Shown piece after piece: positions 1 through 8,012 of a stretch of DNA of 64,000 bases. The number at the start of each line of letters is the position of its first letter. The stretch's first letter is position 1. The DNA is from Planctomycetota bacterium (GTDB taxonomy: Bacteria; Planctomycetota; GCA-002687715; CAIWVZ01): positions 384,001-448,000 of the forward strand of contig JBGANV010000003.1 in NCBI GenBank assembly GCA_044222185.1. The letters run 5' to 3'. The translations under genes and the position numbers were made by a program. Below the pieces are notes generated by a model. It was not told the DNA's origin. It did no database searches and worked only from the letters and a program-made list of their open reading frames with translations.

Positions 1-221
1 CTCGTCCCGCTTCGTGGCACCGGAATGCGGGAATCCATCGGCGTCGCACGGGCTGCCTCGGAGAGGAGAAGAGCGAACTCTTCGGCGACGACATCGGTGA
101 ACCGTGAATGTCGGGCCTGATAGTCCTCGAGGCGTCGGAGGCGACCGTCGTGGAGGTCGCGCGCCATGGCCATCCCCACGTCGATTCGCAGGTGCTCTCG
201 TGCAAGCGGCGACAGGCTCAC
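1..221 (-). CDS. N-terminus of a probable Ser/Thr protein kinase (runs off the window edge)
   Basis: Hand-translated from GTG at 221, which overlaps the ECF stop (GTGA). It reads ...MARDLHDGRLRRLEDYQARHSRFTDVVAEEFALLL..., similar to the pre-kinase N-terminus of the 49507 kinase (EDIESDTVRPVEHYQSAFPGFEDVVAEEHSVL). The kinase domain itself is outside the window. Confidence 0.6.
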   Translation of the reverse strand, partial: MSLSPLAREHLRIDVGMAMARDLHDGRLRRLEDYQARHSRFTDVVAEEFALLLSEAARATPMDSRIPVPRSGT

Positions 222-847
222 GCCGACGTCTCCGCCGCACCGTCACTCTCGAACAGCTCGGACAGGTCCGTGCCGACGTGATGACGCAATTGGGTGGACA
301 GCCGGCTCCAGCGCTTGCGTGCAGCGGCCTCCGTGATCCCCAGCAGCTCCGCGGTCTCGCGATGTGGCAGGCCTTCGAGCTGGCAACCCACGATTGCCCG
401 ATCGGCGTCGTCGAGTCGCCGAACGATCTCGACGAGCCGCGTGACGACCTCGTCCCGCGCCGCGCGTCGGCTGATCGATGTCACGGCATCGGGGACGTCG
501 GATGGGACGTCCTTCGCCCGCGCATCCGGCCGCCGATAGCGGCGGCGGACCTGCCCCAGAAGGACGTTCCGTGAGATCCCAAAGATCCACGCCCGGAACG
601 AGCCCTTCTCGCGCTCGAAGCGATTCAGATCCTCGAGGGCCGCGCGCCAGACTTCCTGCATGAGGTCCTCGGCTTCGATACCGAGCCCGGACCCGCCACC
701 CGCAGTCACCCGCACTGACACCCACGCCGCCACGGCCGGCGCGATGCGCGAGTAGAGCTCGGTGAACCGGCTTGCGTCGCCCTGCTGGATCTCCCTGACG
801 ATCCGTGACGTGATGTGGCCGTCATGGTGCGGCGAATGCTCGCTCAT
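218..847 (-). CDS. ECF-family RNA polymerase sigma factor
   Basis: Sigma2 motifs EAEDLMQEVW and SFRAWIFGISRN; sigma4 HTH LEGLPHRETAELLGITEAAARKRWSR. Start taken at MSEHSP (847). Confidence 0.92.
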   Translation of the reverse strand: MSEHSPHHDGHITSRIVREIQQGDASRFTELYSRIAPAVAAWVSVRVTAGGGSGLGIEAEDLMQEVWRAALEDLNRFEREKGSFRAWIFGISRNVLLGQVRRRYRRPDARAKDVPSDVPDAVTSISRRAARDEVVTRLVEIVRRLDDADRAIVGCQLEGLPHRETAELLGITEAAARKRWSRLSTQLRHHVGTDLSELFESDGAAETSA

Positions 848-1029
848 GGCCGTTCCTCCGGATCCGGCCACTCCATACATCCGCGACCGAAAGCTGGCGC
901 GGATCCTACCCGCTCCCTGCATTTCGTGAAGTGTCGGTCACATCGGGGCGCGATCGGCAAAGGACGTTCGCGGGGAAATCGGACTGGTTCCAGCTCACCC
1001 CCGTCGCACCTCACCACACGGAGATCACC

Positions 1030-2352
1030 ATGACGACCGATCGAGCCATACTGAATCACGCTTCCCACGCCTTTGCGGCGTCGCATCACCGTTTCGCGCG
1101 GATATTCATCATCGCGGCCGCGATATCGGCCGTGGGACGATGCCAGACGTGTCCGACGGCATTCTCGTACTTCGAAGGGTTCAACGTGTCGGGCACAGGA
1201 GCGTTTCCGCTCGTCGCGGGGCCGCAGTACTTCGGGCTCTTCTGCAACCCCCTCGGATGCCCTTCGCCGCCGCCCGGACTGCCGTGTCCACAGTTCACCG
1301 TGAGCGGCGGCGTGCTGCAGCAGCGGAGTTTTGGTCTTCAGGGCGAGCACCTCTATGTAACGCTGACGGCTCTTTCGAACGGCGTGCTCGGCAGCGGCTC
1401 CCTGATCCCCACTCCGTCCCAGATCCCCACGGTGACACCCAACCCGGCAACCGGCGTCGGTACGCGTTGGTTCTTCGAGGCCCGCCTGCGCGTGATCCAG
1501 ATCTCCGGCGTCGGCGTCGTGTTCGAGGCGCGCGATGGCGATGGCCAGATCGACTACATCGCGACGATCAGCGCCGACACGTCCGGATGCGGTCTCGGAG
1601 GGCTCACGGGCCGCGTCGCCATCGGAGCCGGCTCGGCCCCTGCCGCGTCGGCGTGCCTTCAGCACATCGACCAGTTCCACGTCTACACGATGGAAGGAGA
1701 CTCCAGCACGGGACTGACGCATCTTTGGATCGACGGAACACTCTCGCTTTCCGCCGTGCTGCCCATCAGCTCCCCGCCCGCACCGCCCACCACCGCCCGT
1801 GGCTTCGCATTTGGTGACAACGGCTGCGACGCCACCACGGGCTCCGCCGACGCCGACTGGGACTACATCTGGATCGGCCAGGGATCGGCCGCGCCGCTCG
1901 GGCTCGGTCAACCGAACAGCGCGGAATCGCGGCTCCAGATCAACGATGCCGGCGGCGGCGTCGCGGCCGGCCCGGTCTGCCTGGACGTCTTCGGATCGAC
2001 GCCACTGACGATGCGCTGGGCCGGTCCGCCGTCCGCACACGTGATTCTCGCGACCAGCGGTGGCCCGATGGCAGGACAGCCGACCGGCAGTTGCCGCGGC
2101 CTCGTCGACCTGAATCTCCTAGGCGCGTCGATCGTGGTGAACTCGGCAGCTGGAGGCTACCCCAACGTCCTCTTCCAACTCGATGGAACGGGATTCGGCC
2201 AACAGTCGTTCTCGCTTCCGTTCCCGCCGAACACTCCGATCTTCCTCCAAGGTGCCGTGCTGCAGCCACCGCCGCCACCATCTGGATCGAACCTGGGGCC
2301 ATGCGCTGGCAACTACGTCCTGACGTCCGCGTTCTACATCACGAAACACTGA
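1030..2352 (+). CDS. Exported hypothetical protein with laminin-G/lectin-like core and shared C-terminal domain
   Basis: Hydrophobic signal ending ...AISAVGRCQ; beta-rich body (FHVYTMEGD...LWIDG...DWDYIWI); C-terminal LDGTG...LPFPP...IFLQGAVL...LTSAFYI. Start uncertain (931 or 1030). Confidence 0.7.
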   Translation: MTTDRAILNHASHAFAASHHRFARIFIIAAAISAVGRCQTCPTAFSYFEGFNVSGTGAFPLVAGPQYFGLFCNPLGCPSPPPGLPCPQFTVSGGVLQQRSFGLQGEHLYVTLTALSNGVLGSGSLIPTPSQIPTVTPNPATGVGTRWFFEARLRVIQISGVGVVFEARDGDGQIDYIATISADTSGCGLGGLTGRVAIGAGSAPAASACLQHIDQFHVYTMEGDSSTGLTHLWIDGTLSLSAVLPISSPPAPPTTARGFAFGDNGCDATTGSADADWDYIWIGQGSAAPLGLGQPNSAESRLQINDAGGGVAAGPVCLDVFGSTPLTMRWAGPPSAHVILATSGGPMAGQPTGSCRGLVDLNLLGASIVVNSAAGGYPNVLFQLDGTGFGQQSFSLPFPPNTPIFLQGAVLQPPPPPSGSNLGPCAGNYVLTSAFYITKH

Positions 2353-2771
2353 CCGCCTACGCGGCGGTCATCTCGCGGGCGCGCGCCGGCAGAGACTCGC
2401 CCCGTCCCCACACTCGCGCCTGCGAATCCGATTTGAGTGATCGCCGGCGGTCTCGACCTGCCAGCGCTCCTCGTCGCGAAACCAACACGACGGGCGTGCG
2501 CGAACTCCTACCGCGCGGAGCGTCGAGGCGCGGCCGCCGTGCTCAGCCGGCTGCCCGGAGCGTCCGTCGTGGACGTCGTCACACGATGCCGTCGACTCCT
2601 TCATGTGCGACGGGCAGCACCGATGGCGCGTCGGGCAATTCGACGACTCCGGGGGCCACTTGCCGACTATCGCGGCGGCGGCTCGAAGCTGGCCGCGGCG
2701 TGGTCGCCCGCGCCTTTGGGACGGCGCACGGAGCCCTGCCGTCCGGCCGCGTGAAGCGCCGCGCCCCCCCG

Positions 2772-3584
2772 CTACGCCATCACCCCGCAGTCGATGTTCA
2801 TCGCCTGCCCGGTGATGCCGGCGGCGAGAGGCGACACGAGGTAGCGCACGTAACCGGCGACTTCGTCCGGCTCGAGCGCGCGGCCGAGCGGGACGTTCTC
2901 CATCATCCGACGCTGGGCCTCGCGGACGTCGCATCCCATCTGCGTCGCGAGGCGAGAGAAACTGGCCTCGGACATCTCCGTCGTCACCCAGCCCGGGCAG
3001 ACGGCGTTCACGGTGATCCGCTCTCGGGCAAGATCGCGGGAGAGCGCACGGGTGAACCCGACCAGGCCGGCCTTGGAGGCGCAGTAGCCGTGGTACTCGG
3101 GGATCCCGAATCGAGCGAGAACCGACCCGATCATCACGATGCGGCCGCTGCCGTCGCGAGGGATGCTGGGGAGCAGCCGCCGCGTGAGCCGCATGGGCGC
3201 CGTGAGATTCACGGCCATCTGCCGATCGAAGGTGGCGAGGTCCGGGTCCGTCAGCGGCGACGGTCCGCCGATGGCCGCGTTGTGGACGAGAACCGTCAGG
3301 GGCTTGTCGCCCTGGGCGGCCCAATCAGCGAGCGCATCGGTCGCCGCACGGTCCGAGAGGTCGGCGGAATAGAGCGCAGCGAGGCCGCCAGCACTCTCGA
3401 TCTCGTGCGCCGTGCCCTGAAGCAGCTCGAGACGGCGCCCGGTGATCAGGACCTGGAATCCGTCACGCGCGAGCCCGACGGCGATTGCGCGGCCGATCCC
3501 CGTACCAGCTCCCGTCACGAGTGCGGTCGGACGGGGCGCTTTGGACTTCTCATCGGCCTTCGAGGCGGACTTCGGCTTCGTCAC
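2772..3584 (-). CDS. Short-chain dehydrogenase/reductase (SDR family)
   Basis: TGAGTGIG Rossmann motif, HNAAI, catalytic YCASK, NAVCPG. Confidence 0.93.
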   Translation of the reverse strand: MTKPKSASKADEKSKAPRPTALVTGAGTGIGRAIAVGLARDGFQVLITGRRLELLQGTAHEIESAGGLAALYSADLSDRAATDALADWAAQGDKPLTVLVHNAAIGGPSPLTDPDLATFDRQMAVNLTAPMRLTRRLLPSIPRDGSGRIVMIGSVLARFGIPEYHGYCASKAGLVGFTRALSRDLARERITVNAVCPGWVTTEMSEASFSRLATQMGCDVREAQRRMMENVPLGRALEPDEVAGYVRYLVSPLAAGITGQAMNIDCGVMA

Positions 3585-3648
3585 GGCGCAGGAGTTTGGG
3601 ATGGGTGACCAAAAGAGACAAGCCCGCGGTCCTGAAGGTGCAGGAAGT

Positions 3649-3676
3649 CAAAGCGCGACGCTCGGCCGGTCGATGC
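3649..3676 (+). promoter_or_regulatory. Candidate sigma28 (FliA)-type promoter for the flagellar export cluster
   Basis: CAAA-N16-GTCGATGC, about 20 bp upstream of the 3699 ATG; resembles the TAAA-N15/16-GCCGATAA consensus. Confidence 0.35.
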
Positions 3677-3698
3677 AGGAGCGAGAGGTCTGCCCGCC

Positions 3699-3893
3699 AT
3701 GGAAGACTGCGCAAAACCGAGGGACGCCCGCCCGCACATCGGCGTGATGTTCGACTGCTGCCAGGTCTACGTCCGGATCTATCGAAGGCCGGATCAACCC
3801 GCCTACCTCGCGCGGTGCCCGAGGTGTCTGCGCTCGGTGCGCGTCGAAGTCGCCGAGGGGGGCGAGGACGCGCAGTTCATCCGGGTGTCGTGA
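3699..3893 (+). CDS. Small Cys-rich (putative Zn-ribbon) protein heading the flagellar export cluster
   Basis: 64 aa with FDCCQVY and CPRC; purine-rich GGAG/GAGG upstream of the ATG; co-oriented with fliO. Confidence 0.7.
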   Translation: MEDCAKPRDARPHIGVMFDCCQVYVRIYRRPDQPAYLARCPRCLRSVRVEVAEGGEDAQFIRVS

Positions 3894-4049
3894 ACCGCGG
3901 CTCCTGTCGCGGAATCCGACGGTCGCCCCTGCCGGCTTCCCCGCCACCAGCGTCCAGGAATCCGACACCGTCGGAGAAATCGCCGCGAAAACGCCGGCCA
4001 GGCGCACGCTTCACCGCCGTGGCATGAGCGTTGCAACGGAGATGCGGCC

Positions 4050-5138
4050 ATGAGCCCCGTTTCCGGTCGTGTGTCTAACCCGAGCCTTGCCGCGATGCTC
4101 CGCCGTCCCGCGGTGAAACCGTTGGTCGTGAGCGGTCTCCTCGCCGTCGGCTGCCTTGGCGTCTTCTGGATTGCCGACCGCATCGGAGCCTCGGTGACAC
4201 CGAAGCACCCACCGGCGACCCGCGACGTCGCCTCCTCCGAGGATTCGTCGACCCCACCGCGAGCCGCGAAGAACGACGAAACCCGCTCGGCGAGCCTCCT
4301 CGATGGCACGCCCGAGATCTCCGGCGGCCGGTCGAAGAAGTCGGCGCTCGACGCGGGCCACGCGTCCGTCGACTCCGGCGCCGGCGCGCAGAAGGCGTTC
4401 GGCAAGACCGCGTCCGACCGTGGCGCGGCATCCCAGCAATCACTCACCTCCGACGGGTCGCGATCCACGCTGAACCTGGCGGTCACCATGATCGCGTTGC
4501 TCGGAGCGTTGATCGCCGTCTTCGTCGTCCTGCGCCGCATGATGAGGAACTCGCGGATGGCGCCATCCGGCAAGAAGACTCTCGTCATTCGCGACGCGCT
4601 GTCGCTCGGCCCGAAACGCTCCGTTTACGTGATCAAGGTGGACAACCGCTCGCTCGTCGTCGGCTTGAGCGGCGATCAAATGACGCTGCTGAGCGAGTTC
4701 TCCGACGACTCCGAGGCGCCGTCTGCGGCCGCAGAGCCGGCTGCCGAGCCGTCCGAGGACGCCGAGGCGGCACGCCCGGCGCCGGGCGCGCTCGCAGCCG
4801 TGTACGCGAGCCTCGCCGCCGAGACGGTCGACGTCATCGAAACGGAGAACCAGGACGTCGAGCCCGACCCCGTCGAAGAACCTCCGCCTCCCCCGCCGCG
4901 GCAGAAGGCTCCGAGCGCACCCGAGCGCGCCCAACCCACCGCGCCCGTCGCGGCGTCACGGCCCCTCACCCAATCGGAACCGACGCCGCCCTCGCGTTCC
5001 CAGGCCCGCGCCTTCCCCTTCGACTACGTCTCGCCCGAAGACGCGCGCGCATCCAAGCGCCGCGTCGAGCGCGTTCCGCCGAAGTTCCGCCACCTTCTCG
5101 AGAAGGCTGCCGCCGCATCGAACGGGGGTCGGAAGTGA
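4050..5138 (+). CDS. fliO: Flagellar biosynthesis protein FliO with long N- and C-terminal extensions
   Basis: TM helix followed by LVIRDALSLGPKRSVYVIKVDNRSLVVGLSGDQMTLLSE (FliO core); immediately upstream of fliP. Confidence 0.82.
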   Translation: MSPVSGRVSNPSLAAMLRRPAVKPLVVSGLLAVGCLGVFWIADRIGASVTPKHPPATRDVASSEDSSTPPRAAKNDETRSASLLDGTPEISGGRSKKSALDAGHASVDSGAGAQKAFGKTASDRGAASQQSLTSDGSRSTLNLAVTMIALLGALIAVFVVLRRMMRNSRMAPSGKKTLVIRDALSLGPKRSVYVIKVDNRSLVVGLSGDQMTLLSEFSDDSEAPSAAAEPAAEPSEDAEAARPAPGALAAVYASLAAETVDVIETENQDVEPDPVEEPPPPPPRQKAPSAPERAQPTAPVAASRPLTQSEPTPPSRSQARAFPFDYVSPEDARASKRRVERVPPKFRHLLEKAAAASNGGRK

Positions 5139-5890
5139 AGCTCATCCGCCTCGCGTTGATCGTGCTCGTGGCGTTGGCGCCGATCTCCGCCCAGACGCCG
5201 CAACCAAAGACGGCCCCGGCCGCCACGCCCGCCCCCACATCCACGGTCGAAGGGCTCAACGACATCTCGGGCCCGTTGAAGGTCGTTCTCGTCCTGACGG
5301 TGCTCGCGCTCGCACCCGCGATCCTGATGACGGCGACGTCGTTCACCCGGATCCTGATCGTGTTGTCGTTCGTACGGCGCGGCCTCTCGATTCCGGAACT
5401 GCCTCCGAACCAGATCCTCATCGGGCTCGCGCTCTTCCTGAGCCTGATCGTGATGCGCCCCGTGATCCAGGACGTGAACACGAACGCCGTCCAGCCCTAC
5501 CTCGCGAACCAGATCACGCTCACGCAGGCGGCCGATGCGGGCAGCCACTCGATCTCGGAGTTCCTCCTCCAGCACGCACGCGACGAGGACATCCACCTGT
5601 TCCTCGACCTCTCGAAGGCAGAGACGCCCGCGACGGCGGAGGACGTCCCCCTCACGATCCTCATCCCGGCGTTCGCGCTGTCGGAGCTGCGCACGGCGTT
5701 CCAGATGGGGTTCCTCGTCTACCTGCCCTTCCTGATCCTGGACCTCGTCGTGTCCAGCATCCTGCTCTCCATGGGCATGTTCATGCTGCCGCCCGTCATC
5801 ATCTCGACCCCGTTCAAGATCCTGCTCTTCGTCCTCGTGGACGGCTGGGATCTCGTCATCCGCTCGCTGGTCCAGTCGTTCCACATGTGA
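5135..5890 (+). CDS. fliP: Flagellar type III export gate protein FliP
   Basis: Signal peptide; TSFTRILIVLS, PPNQILIGLALFL, PAFALSELRTAF, MGMFMLPPVIISTPFKILLFVLVDGW. Confidence 0.97.
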   Translation: MKLIRLALIVLVALAPISAQTPQPKTAPAATPAPTSTVEGLNDISGPLKVVLVLTVLALAPAILMTATSFTRILIVLSFVRRGLSIPELPPNQILIGLALFLSLIVMRPVIQDVNTNAVQPYLANQITLTQAADAGSHSISEFLLQHARDEDIHLFLDLSKAETPATAEDVPLTILIPAFALSELRTAFQMGFLVYLPFLILDLVVSSILLSMGMFMLPPVIISTPFKILLFVLVDGWDLVIRSLVQSFHM

Positions 5891-5894
5891 CTCG

Positions 5895-6161
5895 ATGAAC
5901 CAAGAACTCGTGATCGAACTCGCACGCGAGACCGTCTACACGGCGCTGCTCCTCGCAGCGCCAGCGCTGGCCGTCGGACTCATCGTCGGAATCGCCATGG
6001 CGGTGTTCCAGGTCGTGACGTCCGTGCAAGAGCAGACGATGGCCCTCGTTCCCAAGCTCTTCTGCGTCATCGCGGTGCTGCTCCTCGTCCTCCCATGGAT
6101 GCTCACGACCATCGTCGAGTTCACGCGCCGCATGTTCATGGGCATGGCGACGCTGCGCTGA
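5895..6161 (+). CDS. fliQ: Flagellar export gate protein FliQ
   Basis: 88 aa, two TMs, FQVVTSVQEQTMALVPK motif; lies between fliP and fliR. Confidence 0.95.
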   Translation: MNQELVIELARETVYTALLLAAPALAVGLIVGIAMAVFQVVTSVQEQTMALVPKLFCVIAVLLLVLPWMLTTIVEFTRRMFMGMATLR

Positions 6162-6167
6162 CACGTC

Positions 6168-6947
6168 ATGGATTTCCTCCCCCTGCTCGAGGCGAAGACG
6201 CGGTTCATCGGCCTCCACGCCGTGCGCGTCCTCATGGCGATGTCTGTCCTCCCGGCGTTCGGGAGCGGATCGGCATCGCGGTACGTGAAGCTCGCCCTCG
6301 GGCTGTTCCTCGGCGTCACCGTGGGGATCGCCCGCAGCGACGACGGGTGGCTCGATCCTGGTTGGCACCCGCTCGGCCTCGGCATCGCCGTCATGCGGGA
6401 GGGACTGTTCGGCTTCATCCTCGGCTGGCTCGGGCGATTCTGGCTCGAGGTGTGCCGCATGGCCGGCGGGCTCATCAGCAACGAAATGGGTCTGAACACG
6501 GCAAATCAGATCGACCCCACGTCCGGTCAGTCCGTGCCGTTGATCGGGTTCCTGTACGAGACGGTTGGATTGATCCTCTTCTTCGGGATGCGCGGCCATC
6601 ACGCGCTGCTCGGCGGCCTCGTTCGATCGTTCGACGGCGTCCCGCCGGGGGCGTTCAATCCCGATGACCGCGTGCTGTGGGCCATCTCGACGTTCGTGAC
6701 CGGGCTGGTCGAAACGTCGCTCCGGGTCGCCGCGCCCGTGTTCGTCGTCCTCGTCCTCACGTCCGTGATGGTGGGATTCATGGCTCGCGTCGCCCCGCAG
6801 TGGCACGTCCTCGACAGCTCGTATTCGATCCGGATCGGCGTCGCATTGATCGTGATCGTCCTCACACTTCCCCACATCCGCCCGCTGCTCGAACACGTCA
6901 TGGACGTGTCGCACGATCAGCTCGAGGTTCTCTTCGCGAACGAGTGA
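6168..6947 (+). CDS. fliR: Flagellar export gate protein FliR
   Basis: Multi-TM 259 aa; AGGLISNEMGL, RVAPQ; operon position. Confidence 0.92.
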   Translation: MDFLPLLEAKTRFIGLHAVRVLMAMSVLPAFGSGSASRYVKLALGLFLGVTVGIARSDDGWLDPGWHPLGLGIAVMREGLFGFILGWLGRFWLEVCRMAGGLISNEMGLNTANQIDPTSGQSVPLIGFLYETVGLILFFGMRGHHALLGGLVRSFDGVPPGAFNPDDRVLWAISTFVTGLVETSLRVAAPVFVVLVLTSVMVGFMARVAPQWHVLDSSYSIRIGVALIVIVLTLPHIRPLLEHVMDVSHDQLEVLFANE

Positions 6948-6950
6948 ACC

Positions 6951-8009
6951 ATGGCGGAAGACGATCGCACAGAGCTCGCCACGGGGCGCCGCCTCGATGA
7001 CCTGGCCGGCAAGGGCCAGTTCGCCTATTCGAAAGAGGTCTCGGGCGCCCTCACCTTGTTCATCATCGCCGCCGCGCTGAGCGCCACCGGCTCGGATCTC
7101 GTCGATCCTCTCCGCAGCATGTTCATCCGGTGCTTTTCGCTGGAAGACCACCAGCAAATCGCGGTCGCGGGCGTGGCGACGTTCTTGTTCGACACCTCGC
7201 TTCGCTCGGGACTGGTGATCGCTCCGCTCCTCCTGGTCGCCTTCACGGTCGTCCTCGTCTCGGGGTTCTTCCAGATCGGATTGCGCATCGACACGGGACG
7301 CCTGGCGTTTCGCTGGGAACGTCTGGACATCGCGGCCGGCTTCAAGCGCATCCTCAAGCCCGGCGGCTTCGTGCCACTGAGCTACGCGCTCGCGAAACTC
7401 ATCGCCGTCGGATGGATCACCTGGGGAGTCGCCGAGCCGTTGGTGATGAACTCGGGCGGACTCGCGCAGGTTCCGCTGCGCGACCTCATCGCGTTGCTGA
7501 CGGATGCGGCGCTTCGCATGGCCTTCCGCGTCGGCACCTTCCTCCTCCTCATCGCGGGGTTCGACTTCTTCTTCCAGCGGTGGAAGTTCTCGAAGGACAC
7601 CATGATGACGAAGCACGAGGTGAAGGAGGAGAACAAGCAGGCGGAAGGCGACCCGGTCATGAAGGGCAAGATCAAGTCGCGCCAGCGCGAGATCGCCCGA
7701 TCGAAGATGATCCGCAACGTGCGCAAGGCGACGGTCGTCATCCGAAACCCCACGCACTTCGCGGTCGCACTGAAATACGAGCGCGGCGTCGACGGCGCGC
7801 CGCGCGTCGTCGCCAAGGGACAGGACTTCCTCGCCCTGCGGATCATCGCCGAAGCCGAGAAACACAAGGTTCCGGTGGTCAGCAAGCCGGAAGTTGCGCG
7901 CGAGCTGTACCGCACCGTGAAGGTCGGGAACGTCGTGCCCGAGACCCTGTACAAGGCGGTGGCCGCGATCCTCGCCTTCGTGTTGCGCCAGAAGCAGAAA
8001 AGAGCCTGA
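6951..8009 (+). CDS. flhB: Flagellar export switch protein FlhB
   Basis: N-terminal DRTELAT...GQFAYSKE; MMTKHEVKEENKQAEGDP; intact NPTH autocleavage motif. Confidence 0.97.
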   Translation: MAEDDRTELATGRRLDDLAGKGQFAYSKEVSGALTLFIIAAALSATGSDLVDPLRSMFIRCFSLEDHQQIAVAGVATFLFDTSLRSGLVIAPLLLVAFTVVLVSGFFQIGLRIDTGRLAFRWERLDIAAGFKRILKPGGFVPLSYALAKLIAVGWITWGVAEPLVMNSGGLAQVPLRDLIALLTDAALRMAFRVGTFLLLIAGFDFFFQRWKFSKDTMMTKHEVKEENKQAEGDPVMKGKIKSRQREIARSKMIRNVRKATVVIRNPTHFAVALKYERGVDGAPRVVAKGQDFLALRIIAEAEKHKVPVVSKPEVARELYRTVKVGNVVPETLYKAVAAILAFVLRQKQKRA

Positions 8010-8012
8010 TCC

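Noticed and set aside
2353-2771. ORF 2437-2754 or an ncRNA between convergent genes
   Set aside because: Arg/Ala-rich non-protein-like translation, and no recognisable RNA family structure.
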